In this document: positions 44,060 through 53,100 of the stretch, in pieces | Numbering within the stretch: position 1 is the first letter of the stretch | How the letters are laid out: the number at the start of each line of letters is the position of its first letter | DNA from: an uncultured Eggerthellaceae bacterium | GTDB lineage: Bacteria; Actinomycetota; Coriobacteriia; Coriobacteriales; Eggerthellaceae | Direction: 5' to 3' | Assembly (NCBI GenBank): GCA_910589135.1 | Contig: CAJUSL010000001.1 | Coordinates: forward strand, 68,058-132,057 | DNA: 64,000 nt | Notes under the pieces: generated by a model | What the model was told of the DNA's origin: nothing | What the model saw: only the letters and a program-made list of their open reading frames with translations | Database searches by the model: none | Made by a program: the position numbers and the translations under genes

Positions 44060-44736
44060 CCAGGAAGAGCTACCTGGGAAAGTACCTGAAGGCCGACCCG
44101 TTGCTGAAGTGGTGGCTCGTCCTGTTCTGCGCGTCGGCCATCGGGCTCGGCGCCATCGGGGTGGGTGAGGCCATGTCGGGCGGCAGCGACGACGGTGCGC
44201 GTCTGGACGCGGCGGGCCTCGACGAGCGGGCCGCAGGCGCGGCGCCCGACAACAAGCTGAACGTCTCGCAGCTTCCCGACAGCTCGTTCATCTACGACAT
44301 AACCATCAAGGAGCTTGCGTCGGCCGATTCCTACATGGACGGCCAGACCGTCCAGGTGACCGGCGAGGTCGTGGGCGACCGCATCTTGCCCGAGCTCGAC
44401 TCGTCGGACTGTTGGGTCATGCTGCAGTCGTCGGGCGAAGGCGACGATTCCGAGGTCGCGGTGTACATGCCGCTGACGGCGTCGGAATCCATCGACACGT
44501 ACGGCGCGTACGGCAAGCGCGGCACCACGTTGCAGGTGCGCGGCACGTTCAACCTTGCGTGCAAGGACCATCAGGGCGCAAGCGACCTGCATTCCGAGAG
44601 CGTGGCGGTCGTGGCGCGCGGCAGCGTGGAGGAAATGGAGTTCAACTACATGCGCCTCGTGCCCGGGCTTGTGCTCCTGCTGATCGGAAGCCTGCTGCTC
44701 ATCGCGTTCGACATCATGCGGGAAAGGCAGCGCTAG
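44056..44736 (+). CDS. Membrane-anchored OB-fold-like protein (N- and C-terminal TM segments)
   Basis: ATGA overlap with the trkH stop. The central GQTVQVTGEVVGDRI...TTLQVRGTF looks like a BOF/OB-fold barrel. Function unknown. Confidence 0.65.
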   Translation: MTRKSYLGKYLKADPLLKWWLVLFCASAIGLGAIGVGEAMSGGSDDGARLDAAGLDERAAGAAPDNKLNVSQLPDSSFIYDITIKELASADSYMDGQTVQVTGEVVGDRILPELDSSDCWVMLQSSGEGDDSEVAVYMPLTASESIDTYGAYGKRGTTLQVRGTFNLACKDHQGASDLHSESVAVVARGSVEEMEFNYMRLVPGLVLLLIGSLLLIAFDIMRERQR

Positions 44737-45701
44737 TGCCGGGTTTTCTTGTCGGCGAGGTGGTCAAGCTCGACCGCAAGTTCCCCCTGGTCGAACTGCC
44801 CGACGGAAGCCGCCTGCGTTGCGAGCATTCTGCCGAGCTGAAGAAGCGCGGGAAGCTGCGTGCCGTCATCGGCGACGTGGTGGAAGTGGCTGTTCCCGAC
44901 GGCCACGACGCGGGAATCATCGAGCTGGTCCGCCCGCGCACGACGCAGTTCGTGCGGAAGGACCCGACGGAGCGGGCGCTGCCCCAGGTGCTGGCCGCCA
45001 ACTTCGACCGCGTGCTGGTGGTGCAGCCCGCGAACCGATTGAACCTGCGGCGGCTCGAACGCGAGCTGGTGCTGGCCCACGAGACCGGCGCCGACGTGAC
45101 CGTGGTGCTGACGAAGGCCGACCTGCTCGACGCGGTCGCCGTGGCGGACGCCGCGCGGCAGGTTCGCGAGCTTGCCGGCGGCGAGGTGGAGGTGCTTTGC
45201 ATCTCCAAGAACGACGCAGCGTCGGTGGCGCAGGTGCGCCGGCTGATGGCGGCGGGCACCACGTCGGTGCTCATCGGCCGCTCGGGCGTCGGGAAGTCGA
45301 CGCTGGTGAACCTGCTGCTCGGCGAGGATGCGCGCGCTACCTCCGAGGTGCGCGAGCGCGACGGCAAGGGGCGCCACAAGACCGTGTCGCGCGAGGTCAT
45401 GCAGCTGCCCGTCGTGGACGGCGCCGGCGGGGGCCGCATCGTGGACATGCCGGGCGTGCGGGGCCTGGGCCTGTGGGACGCCGACGAGGGCATGGGCGCG
45501 GCGTTTTCCGACATCGAGACGCTGGCCGCGGAATGCCGGTTCCGCGACTGCAAGCACCAAGGCGAGCCGGACTGCGCCGTAGCGGCGGCCGTGGAGGAGG
45601 GGCGCATCAGCCGCTCCCGACTCGAGTCGTACCTGGGGCTGCAGGGCGAGCTGGCCAAGACGGCCCGTCGCCGCAAGCAATCCACCTGGAAGAGGCGCTA
45701 G
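44736..45701 (+). CDS. rsgA: Ribosome small-subunit-dependent GTPase A
   Basis: Circularly permuted GTPase: LTKADLL (G4) precedes GRSGVGKSTLVN (G1). C-terminal zinc knuckle FRDCKHQGEPDCAV. The GTG start overlaps the preceding stop by 1 nt. Confidence 0.9.
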   Translation: MPGFLVGEVVKLDRKFPLVELPDGSRLRCEHSAELKKRGKLRAVIGDVVEVAVPDGHDAGIIELVRPRTTQFVRKDPTERALPQVLAANFDRVLVVQPANRLNLRRLERELVLAHETGADVTVVLTKADLLDAVAVADAARQVRELAGGEVEVLCISKNDAASVAQVRRLMAAGTTSVLIGRSGVGKSTLVNLLLGEDARATSEVRERDGKGRHKTVSREVMQLPVVDGAGGGRIVDMPGVRGLGLWDADEGMGAAFSDIETLAAECRFRDCKHQGEPDCAVAAAVEEGRISRSRLESYLGLQGELAKTARRRKQSTWKRR

Positions 45702-45873
45702 CGCCAAGCGCGTCGCGACTAGGGCGCAATCGCGTGCGACCAGGACGTTCCAAATTGCGCATCGCGCACGGAACCCGCCAGCACTCCCGCTTCGCGTCGT
45801 CGCGCCATTGGGGCCGTTGTGGCGAAGAGGTTGTATAATTACGCAACGTTTGGAATCGACGTTCAGGCGGCCT

Positions 45874-46122
45874 ATGGACTTTAACGAAATCTATCATCTG
45901 CTGTTCGAGACGTACGCCGGAATCGGCATCCTTGTCGGCGCCGGAATCGCCATAAGCCTGCTGGTCTGCGTGCTCCTCGAGATAAAGACGCGCAAGGTGT
46001 ACCGCAACCACGAGGCGGATCCCGAGCAGGACGAATGGGCCCTCTTCGAGGACGAAGTAGCCGAAGCCGAGGCCGAGGAAGAGGCGGATTTCGCCGCGGC
46101 CTCCAAGAAGAAGGAAGCATAA
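45874..46122 (+). CDS. Small single-TM protein with an acidic C-terminus (82 aa)
   Basis: MDFNEIYHLLFETYAGIGILVGAGIAISLLVCVLL... The stop abuts the pdxK start, and a TATAAT box lies at 45834-45839. Confidence 0.45.
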   Translation: MDFNEIYHLLFETYAGIGILVGAGIAISLLVCVLLEIKTRKVYRNHEADPEQDEWALFEDEVAEAEAEEEADFAAASKKKEA

Positions 46123-47055
46123 ATGGCTCTCAGGTACGAAGAAACCGACACGGCAAGCCGGCAGGTTCACGGCGACCCCAACCCCGTGATTCTCTACCAG
46201 CGCGACGGGAAGTACATCCCCCGCATCGCCGCCGTGCACGACCTGTGCGGGTACGGGAAGTGTTCGCTCGGCGTCGCCATTCCCGTGCTCAGCGCCGCAG
46301 GCTGCGACGTGTGCCCCGTGCCGACGGGCCTGTTCTCCAGCCACACGGCGTTTCCGGGCTGGTACATGCACGACACCACCGACATCCTGCGCGACTACCT
46401 GAACGCGTGGCGCGGCATCGACGTGCAGATCGACGCCGTGTATTCCGGCTTCCTGGGCGCGCCCGAGCAGGTCGACGTCATCAGGTCGTTGTACCAGGAG
46501 TTCCCCGACGCCATCAAGATGGTCGACCCGGTGATGGCCGACCATGGCAAGGTTTACCCCACGTACACGCCCGAGTTGTGCGAAGCCATGGCGTCGCTGG
46601 CCGCCGACGCCGACATCCTGACGCCCAACCTCACCGAGGCTGCCATCATCCTGGGCGAGCCCATCGGCGACGAGTGGGGCGGTGCCGACATTCCCGACGA
46701 AGAGGCCGAGCGCATCGCGCGCGCCCTTCTGGACAAGGGTGCCAAGAACGTGGTGCTGAAGGGCATCCAGCGCGAAGGCGACGACATCATCCGCAACTTC
46801 GTGGCTAGCGCCAGCGCGCCTGACATCGTGGAAGTGGGCAACGAGTACGTGCCCTACATGCTGCACGGTACGGGCGACGTGTACGCCTCGTGCGTGCTTG
46901 CGGCCGTGATGGCCGGACGCTCGCTGGTCGAGGGCGTGGCGTTCGCGGGCGACTTCGTCCACGACGCCATGATCGTCTCGGCCGACCAGCCGAACTTCAA
47001 AGACCGAGGAGTCAGCTTCGAGCCCCTGTTGGGCAAGGTCGCGGCTCTGCTCTAG
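46123..47055 (+). CDS. pdxK: Pyridoxal/pyridoxamine kinase (ribokinase superfamily)
   Basis: IAAVHDLCGYGKCSLGVAIPVLSAAG, VDPVMADHG, ILTPNLTEAAIL and the GTGDVYAS anion-hole motif. Confidence 0.85.
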   Translation: MALRYEETDTASRQVHGDPNPVILYQRDGKYIPRIAAVHDLCGYGKCSLGVAIPVLSAAGCDVCPVPTGLFSSHTAFPGWYMHDTTDILRDYLNAWRGIDVQIDAVYSGFLGAPEQVDVIRSLYQEFPDAIKMVDPVMADHGKVYPTYTPELCEAMASLAADADILTPNLTEAAIILGEPIGDEWGGADIPDEEAERIARALLDKGAKNVVLKGIQREGDDIIRNFVASASAPDIVEVGNEYVPYMLHGTGDVYASCVLAAVMAGRSLVEGVAFAGDFVHDAMIVSADQPNFKDRGVSFEPLLGKVAALL

Positions 47056-47067
47056 GAAAGGACAGAC

Positions 47068-48369
47068 ATGCTTGACACAAAGTACGTTCGCGACAACCTC
47101 GATGCGGTCAAGGAGGCGATGCGCAATCGCAACGCGTCCTTCGACGACGAGCTGTTCTTGCAGCTTGACGCCCGCCGCCGCGAGCTGATCGCCCACGAGG
47201 AGGAGCTGCAGGCCGAGCGCAACAAGCTTTCGAAGCAGATCGGCCAGCTGATGAAGGAAGGCCAGCGCGACCAGGCCGAGGAGACGAAGGAACGCGTGCG
47301 CGTCATCAACGAGGAGCTGGACGCGGCCGGCGAGCAGCGCAACGAGGCCGACGCCGCCCTGCGCAACCTGCTTCTGGCCACGCCCAACATGCCCGACGAG
47401 GGCACGCCCGTCGGCGCCGACGAGAACGACAATCCCGAAGTGCGCCGCTGGGGCACGCCCCGCGACTTCGCCGCCGAAGGCATCGAGAAGAAGGCGCACT
47501 GGGACTTGGGCACCGACCTTGAGGTGATTGACTTCGAGCGCGGCGTGAAGCTGGCGGAGAGCCGCTTCTACGTGCTCGGCGGCGCGGGCGCCCGCCTCGA
47601 GCGCGCGCTCATCAACTTCATGCTGGACCAGCACACGTCCCGCGGATACAAGGAGTGGTGGGTTCCCGCGATGGCCAACGCCGAGACGCTGACCGGCACC
47701 GCGCAGCTTCCCAAGTTCGAGGAAGACCTGTACAAGACCACCGAGGGCCTGTACCTGATCCCCACCGCCGAGGTTCAGCTGACGAACCTCCATGCGGGCG
47801 AGATCCTGGACGCGGGCCAGCTGCCGCTTCGCTACTGCGCCTTCACGCCGTGCTTCCGCGAGGAGGCGGGTTCGGCGGGTCGCGACACGCGCGGCATCAT
47901 CCGCGTGCATCAGTTCTCCAAGGTGGAGATGGTGAAGTACACCACGCCCGAGGAGGGCTTCAACGAGCTCGAGCTGATGGTGGCCGACGCCGAGAACATC
48001 CTGCAGAAGCTGCAGCTTCCGTACCGCGTGATCACGCTGTGCACAGGCGACATCGGCTTCTCTGCGGCGAAGACGTACGATGTCGAGGTCTGGATGCCCA
48101 GCTACGACGGCTACAAGGAGATTTCCAGCTGCTCGTGCTGCACCGACTTCCAGGCGCGTCGCGCGAACATCCGCTACCGCAACGAAGGCGAGTTCAAGGG
48201 AACGCGCTACGTCTACACGCTCAACGGAAGCGGGTTGGCGGTCGGCCGCTGCATGGCGGCCATCCTGGAGAACTACCAGAACGCCGACGGCAGCGTGACG
48301 GTGCCCGAGGCGCTCGTGCCCTACATGGGCGGCCTGACCTGCATCAAGCCGGAAGGGGCCGTTTCCTAA
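47068..48369 (+). CDS. serS: Seryl-tRNA synthetase
   Basis: N-terminal coiled-coil arm and class II motifs ([32 protein letters not shown]). Confidence 0.95.
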   Translation: MLDTKYVRDNLDAVKEAMRNRNASFDDELFLQLDARRRELIAHEEELQAERNKLSKQIGQLMKEGQRDQAEETKERVRVINEELDAAGEQRNEADAALRNLLLATPNMPDEGTPVGADENDNPEVRRWGTPRDFAAEGIEKKAHWDLGTDLEVIDFERGVKLAESRFYVLGGAGARLERALINFMLDQHTSRGYKEWWVPAMANAETLTGTAQLPKFEEDLYKTTEGLYLIPTAEVQLTNLHAGEILDAGQLPLRYCAFTPCFREEAGSAGRDTRGIIRVHQFSKVEMVKYTTPEEGFNELELMVADAENILQKLQLPYRVITLCTGDIGFSAAKTYDVEVWMPSYDGYKEISSCSCCTDFQARRANIRYRNEGEFKGTRYVYTLNGSGLAVGRCMAAILENYQNADGSVTVPEALVPYMGGLTCIKPEGAVS

Positions 48370-48408
48370 CCGCCGCGGGCGGCATGGCCACGCTGCCGGG
48401 AGCCCTCG

Positions 48409-49401
48409 ATGGTTGACGCCAACCCCAACACGTCGCGGTCGACGAATTCGCAGGCGCCTTCGGGCGGCTTGGATGGTGCTACCCAGAAGCTTCCTGCGGT
48501 GGAGGCTGCCACGGCTGCGGCGCAGGGCGCCGCTGGTGCGGGTGAGGGCGGCTCGCAGGCGAAGGGCGCTGGGCCGGGGCCGGCGAAGGCTGCGGCGAAG
48601 GGCGCGGGCGATTCCAAGGCCGCCGGCGGTGCGACGTCCGCTGCGACGGGCCGCATGTCCAAGGCGGCGGGGCCGGGGCCGGTGTCGAAGCCGGCAGCTG
48701 GGTCCGCGTCCGGGTCAGTGTCGTCAGTCGCATTCGGGTCGGCATCAAGGCCGGCAACGTCATCGGCATCCGGGTCAGTGTCGGGCAAGCTTTCAAGCGA
48801 CAGCGCGTCTTTGTCGCAGGATGCCGTTGCTTCGCGCCGACTTGCGCACGGGCTGTCTCCCGAGACAACGTCGAAGGCCGAGGCGGCCGAGCTTCGCCGC
48901 AAAGAGAAGGAGGCCAGCGCCGAGGAGCGCAAGCGCAAGTTCCAAAAGCAGCAGAGGGCCAAGGTCGTTCGACGCAGCATCATTGCGGTGCTGCTCGTGC
49001 TGCTTGTTGGGATTTTGCTGGCTTTTTGGCTGCTGCGCTGGGGCATGCACGACGACGCGGCGAGTATCCAGGGCCAGTGGCGCGTGCAGGGCACCGACAC
49101 GATTATCGACATCAACGACGAGGAAATCGTGCTTACCGACGAGGTGGCCTACGATTATGTGCTCGACCCTGATTCGAAGACGCTGGCGTTCACGTTTGGC
49201 GGCTTGACTGGCAGCGGGCGCTATCGTTTCTCGCTCGATCATTCCATGCTGTCGATTGATGACGGCGACTTCGACTGGGTGGCGACCTTGGCGGCCGACG
49301 TCCCATGGATCCTTGATGCCGTAGCGCAGGAGTTGATGGGCAATCCGACGAAAAGTCCCAGCCTGGGCGAGGGCGACATGGTGCTGGAACGCGTGTCTTA
49401 G
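48409..49401 (+). CDS. Single-pass membrane protein with a disordered Ala/Gly/Ser-rich N-terminal region
   Basis: Low-complexity N-terminus, a basic stretch, TM segment IIAVLLVLLVGILLAFWLL and a ~120-aa extracytoplasmic domain. No recognisable family. Confidence 0.55.
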   Translation: MVDANPNTSRSTNSQAPSGGLDGATQKLPAVEAATAAAQGAAGAGEGGSQAKGAGPGPAKAAAKGAGDSKAAGGATSAATGRMSKAAGPGPVSKPAAGSASGSVSSVAFGSASRPATSSASGSVSGKLSSDSASLSQDAVASRRLAHGLSPETTSKAEAAELRRKEKEASAEERKRKFQKQQRAKVVRRSIIAVLLVLLVGILLAFWLLRWGMHDDAASIQGQWRVQGTDTIIDINDEEIVLTDEVAYDYVLDPDSKTLAFTFGGLTGSGRYRFSLDHSMLSIDDGDFDWVATLAADVPWILDAVAQELMGNPTKSPSLGEGDMVLERVS

Positions 49402-49574
49402 GGTCGTGCGACGGCGGTCGAGGCGTCCGTTGCCACTTTTAAGCGGTCTCGGGGGGTTTTGCCCGACGCTTTGCCCGAGCGGATCGAGGTTTATGCCATT
49501 TCCAGCTCCAGCCGGCAGCCAATGCTCCCAGACTGTGCAATCGTACGCGGCTGCTGTCATACAATGGTGGGGCC

Positions 49575-50036
49575 ATGAAACCTGCAAGCAAGATAACGGC
49601 TCGTCGCGTAGAGGTCTTTCCGGGAAGGCTGCGGATCTGGGTCGCCCTTGCAGCTGATGCGCCGCGGCAGGCGAGCGAAGGCATGGTTGCTGCCGCGTAC
49701 GAGGCCTATCCTACGCTGCCGCTGCATTCGTGCATCAACTCGAAGGGTCCCACGTTCGGCGACGTTGCGGTTGGCACGTCGGTCCCGCACCTGTTGGAGC
49801 ACGTGGTCATCGCGGAGCAGGTTCGGCTTGCTGCAGAGGCCGAGCGGCTGCAGGCCGATGCTGCGGAGGCCGAACGCCCGCGCAACGCGACATTCGTCGG
49901 CACGACCGAGTGGTGCGAAGGCGGCGCCGCCAGAGGAGAGGCCATCGTGGAGGTCAGCTTCGTCGATGACCTTCAGGCGCTCGAGGCACTAAGCCGGGCG
50001 CTTGTGTTTCTTGGCGCGACGCTTGATCGCCTCTAA
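49575..50036 (+). CDS. Hypothetical protein (153 aa)
   Basis: ORF with host-like codon usage and a TACAAT box upstream. No recognisable motif. Confidence 0.45.
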   Translation: MKPASKITARRVEVFPGRLRIWVALAADAPRQASEGMVAAAYEAYPTLPLHSCINSKGPTFGDVAVGTSVPHLLEHVVIAEQVRLAAEAERLQADAAEAERPRNATFVGTTEWCEGGAARGEAIVEVSFVDDLQALEALSRALVFLGATLDRL

Positions 50037-50312
50037 CGCCGCACCAGGCTGGCCGCTTTGCTGTGGCGATGCGGCATTGCGCCGACGTCGCACCGAGTGT
50101 GGCGTCATGTGCCATTAGGTGCGCTCCAATGCCGTATCCTAATGTCGCAGTCGGTGGTTTGCAACGTCCTGAACTGGTGATTGCAACCGACGGGTGCCAT
50201 GGTTTTCTGGATTTTGCTCCCGCTGGTTGGTAGTCTGAAACCAGCCGGAGGCATAGTCTTTCGATGCCGGCTTTGAAAGAACCAAACGCATTCCATCGAG
50301 AGAGGCATCGAC

Positions 50313-51362
50313 GTGAGCTTTAGAGACAATCTTTTGCATTTGCGCGCGACCAACAACATGACCCAGGAGCAATTGGCAATGCTGCTAGGAGTGAGCAGGC
50401 AGTCCGTGACCAAGTGGGAATCCGAGAAATCCTACCCCGAGATGGACAAGCTGCTGAAACTTTGCCAGGCGTTCGACTGCACCCTGGACGAGCTTGTGCA
50501 AGGCGACCTGACCGGTCGCGAGCCCATGCCGCAGGCAGCGGCGAGCGGGCAGGGGCCGGCCGTCGACGTGTTCGACTACGACCGCTTCATGCGTCGCTTC
50601 GCGACCAGGCTGTCGCTCGGCATACTTGCGGCCATTGCCGGCGTGGGCATCGCGATCCCGTTCCTGGCGGCGAGCGACCCCAGCGCGAATCCCTATTTCG
50701 GGCTGTCGGAAAATCTTGCAGCCGCGTTGGGGATGTTCGTCCTGTTCGCCGGCGTGGGCATCTGCCTTGCGCTGATCATTCCCGCTGCCATGGCGCATTC
50801 TGCGTTCGTGAAGGCGCACCCGTTCATCGAGGACTTCTACACCTCCGAGGACAGGGCGAAGGCCCGCTCGTCGTTCGCCTATCAACTTGTGGGCGGAATC
50901 GGAATCATATTCCTGGGCATATGCGTGGTTGTCCTGTTCGGTGAAACCGCCGAGGGCAGCCTGGTGGGCGTCACGGCCATGATGTTGTGCATCGCGGTGG
51001 GCGTGTTCCTCATCGTGCACGGGGCCATGACGCTGGGACGCACGAACATCGCGGAATACAACGCCAACGCGGCGGAATACATGGAAGTTTCCGACATCGA
51101 GGCCGCGAAGGTTCCCGACGAAGCCAAACAGGAGATGCTCAAGACGAAGAGGCTCGACCAGAAAGTCGGCGCGGTTTGCGGCACCATCATGATCCTGGCG
51201 ACGGCCATCGCGCTGCTGATGCTGTTCTGGCCGATGGCCACCGGCACGGTGGAGGACTACACATCGGGCATGATCGCGTTCTTCTGGCTGCCCTGGCCGA
51301 TCGGTGGCCTGCTGTGCGGCATTGCGGCGATGCTGATCAAGGCCTTCGGGAAGGCCGAGTAG
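50313..51362 (+). CDS. XRE-family HTH regulator fused to a multi-TM membrane domain
   Basis: HTH_3 domain LRATNNMTQEQLAMLLGVSRQSVTKWESEKSYPEMDKLLKLCQAFDCTLDELV, followed by about 5 TM helices. Confidence 0.8.
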   Translation: MSFRDNLLHLRATNNMTQEQLAMLLGVSRQSVTKWESEKSYPEMDKLLKLCQAFDCTLDELVQGDLTGREPMPQAAASGQGPAVDVFDYDRFMRRFATRLSLGILAAIAGVGIAIPFLAASDPSANPYFGLSENLAAALGMFVLFAGVGICLALIIPAAMAHSAFVKAHPFIEDFYTSEDRAKARSSFAYQLVGGIGIIFLGICVVVLFGETAEGSLVGVTAMMLCIAVGVFLIVHGAMTLGRTNIAEYNANAAEYMEVSDIEAAKVPDEAKQEMLKTKRLDQKVGAVCGTIMILATAIALLMLFWPMATGTVEDYTSGMIAFFWLPWPIGGLLCGIAAMLIKAFGKAE

Positions 51363-51514
51363 GAAGAAGTGCGGCCGCGCGGCAGCTGCGGGCGCCAGGC
51401 GCGGCAGGGCAGTCACACGACGGCTGAGGCCGGTGGGTGCGGCAGGGGGGCCGACGGGTGCGGCAGGGCAGCCACGCGGCATCGCACTCGCCAGATTGCG
51501 TCAATGGAATTTTC

Positions 51515-51541
51515 TTGCACGCTGGCTTATTCGGGTATACT
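51515..51541 (+). promoter_or_regulatory. Candidate promoter of tRNA-Thr
   Basis: TTGCAC-N15-TATACT, with the -10 box ending 9 nt before the mature tRNA 5' end. The spacer is shorter than ideal. Confidence 0.3.
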
Positions 51542-51550
51542 TGCACGTGC

Positions 51551-51626
51551 GCCGATGTGGCTCAGTTGGTAGAGCAACGCACTCGTAATGCGTAGGTCAG
51601 CGGTTCGAGTCCGCTCATCGGCTCCA
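51551..51626 (+). tRNA. tRNA-Thr (anticodon CGT), CCA encoded
   Basis: Manual cloverleaf: acceptor GCCGATG/CATCGGC, D arm GCTC-AGTTGGTA-GAGC, anticodon arm ACGCA-CTCGTAA-TGCGT, T arm AGCGG-TTCGAGT-CCGCT, discriminator T, then CCA. Confidence 0.9.
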
Positions 51627-51637
51627 TTGAATTGCCA

Positions 51638-51666
51638 GGCCGGATGCTGTTGCGTCTGGCCTTTTT
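51638..51666 (+). terminator. Rho-independent terminator after tRNA-Thr
   Basis: GGCCGGATGC-TGTT-GCGTCTGGCC (10-bp stem including two G-U pairs), followed by TTTTT. Confidence 0.6.
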
Positions 51667-51712
51667 CATGTCCTCCAGGCGCTTACATTGTTGTCACAAA
51701 TGCTGCACCTCT

Positions 51713-53044
51713 GGGTTATGTTTCAAAAAGTGTGCTCTCTAGGGTTATTCACTGCCTGTATTCGGTAGGCATGTGGAACTCGCTCCAGACGATTCCTGAT
51801 CCGTATTCCTCAGGTGCTCCGTCGTCTTGCTTGTGTTTGTTGGAAGCTGATGCGAACAGCCCCTCCACTTGGTCGTCTGTCGGCATGATGCGCAGGATCT
51901 CAGCTGGGGGCAGAGGGCTCTCAGTGTGCATGTAGCACCACCAGAAGATCGCCTTGATGCGATGGAGGAGAGGCAGGCCCCTGTGCATCCTGAGCATCTC
52001 GCGGATCCGCGCATTCCTGCTCTCGATGACGTTGTTGGTGGATGCCCACGTCCCACCACGTTCCTCTGCCATCTCCACGAACGTGAACAGCTGCCCGGTT
52101 TGCACGAGCGCGTTGAGGGAGCGTCTGGCCTTCCTCAGTCGCTCGTGGGTGTAGAGGCGCTTGCCATCCTTTATCGTGAACTCGCGCAAGAAGCGCTCCC
52201 ACCTCATGCACCAATCGTTGTATCCGACAAGCCATGAAGCCGCCGTCGCCGCATCCTTGGCGTCTTTGAGATTGTTGGCGATCCCTAAAAGCTCGCGCCC
52301 GCATTCGAGCTTGGGGTTGAGCGTCGTATATCGTTTGACCTGGCTCGCGGCGTGGAAGGTGCAACGTTGGATGCGAGTCGCCGGCCAGATCGCGCCAGCT
52401 GCCTTGGCAAGCCCCCGAGCTCCATCTGAGACGAGCATGGCAGGCGCGGGCACCCGCAGCATGAGAGCCGCCCAAGCCTCAGAGCATTCGCTTTGCGCCA
52501 GATGCCAAGCAAGGATGTGCTCCTTGCTGCAAGCGATGAGCACGACTGCATCTCGCTTGAGCCAGATGCCATCGAGGAATACGACATCCGATACCTCGCC
52601 GGCATAGGGTGCGATAGGCCATAGATTCCATATCCATGAGGTCCTGCGCCAAAACGTCGTCCTGCTGACCTCCTTGTCGGCTATGGAATCCTTGGAGAAG
52701 AGCCAGTCGAGGAAATAGGCGAGATCCTTGGCACGAGAGTCGATCTTGCGCACAGCTGATGAGCCACAAGCTGCACAACGCCATCGCTGCCGTCCAGAAG
52801 ATGTGCTGCCATTCCTTCTCATCCTGGCACCACAGAGCGTGCATCTTGGATTATTCACTCCACTATCCTGACCTCAGACAACTTTTCTTCCGAAAATCAT
52901 TGTCTGAGCAGGGGTGTCAAGAGGAAACAGAGCACATTTTTTGAAACACCTAGAAGTTGGAGCGAACCAACTTCTAAGCACTATTTATCAATACTGAACT
53001 GGGATAACCGTCCTCAAAAGAGCACACTTTTTGAAACATAACCC
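51713..53044 (-). mobile_element. Intact insertion sequence, IS256 superfamily / IS1249-like (1332 bp)
   Basis: Perfect 26-bp terminal inverted repeats GGGTTATGTTTCAAAAAGTGTGCTCT (51713-51738, complement at 53019-53044). 8-bp direct target duplication GCACCTCT (51705-51712 and 53045-53052). One transposase ORF. GC looks lower than the flanks. Confidence 0.85.
51749..52858 (-). CDS. IS1249-family (IS256-like, MULE/DDE) transposase with an N-terminal zinc finger
   Basis: 369 aa. N-terminal CTLCGARM...RWRCAACG zinc finger, then a DDE/MULE-like core (VFLDGIWL...MLVSDGARGL...TNNVIESRNARIREM). Confidence 0.85.
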   Translation of the reverse strand: MNNPRCTLCGARMRRNGSTSSGRQRWRCAACGSSAVRKIDSRAKDLAYFLDWLFSKDSIADKEVSRTTFWRRTSWIWNLWPIAPYAGEVSDVVFLDGIWLKRDAVVLIACSKEHILAWHLAQSECSEAWAALMLRVPAPAMLVSDGARGLAKAAGAIWPATRIQRCTFHAASQVKRYTTLNPKLECGRELLGIANNLKDAKDAATAASWLVGYNDWCMRWERFLREFTIKDGKRLYTHERLRKARRSLNALVQTGQLFTFVEMAEERGGTWASTNNVIESRNARIREMLRMHRGLPLLHRIKAIFWWCYMHTESPLPPAEILRIMPTDDQVEGLFASASNKHKQDDGAPEEYGSGIVWSEFHMPTEYRQ

Positions 53045-53100
53045 GCACCTCTGGTTCCCGCACGCTATTCTGTGAACGTTTCGCGAGCGGCAAGGAGAAG

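Noticed and set aside
51435-51468. G-quadruplex motif GGG-N7-GGGGGG-N5-GGG-N7-GGG between the XRE gene and tRNA-Thr.
   Set aside because: It meets the formal G3+N1-7 pattern. At about 65% GC such patterns are frequent by chance, and it coincides with a degenerate GTGCGGCAGGG repeat. There is no independent support.
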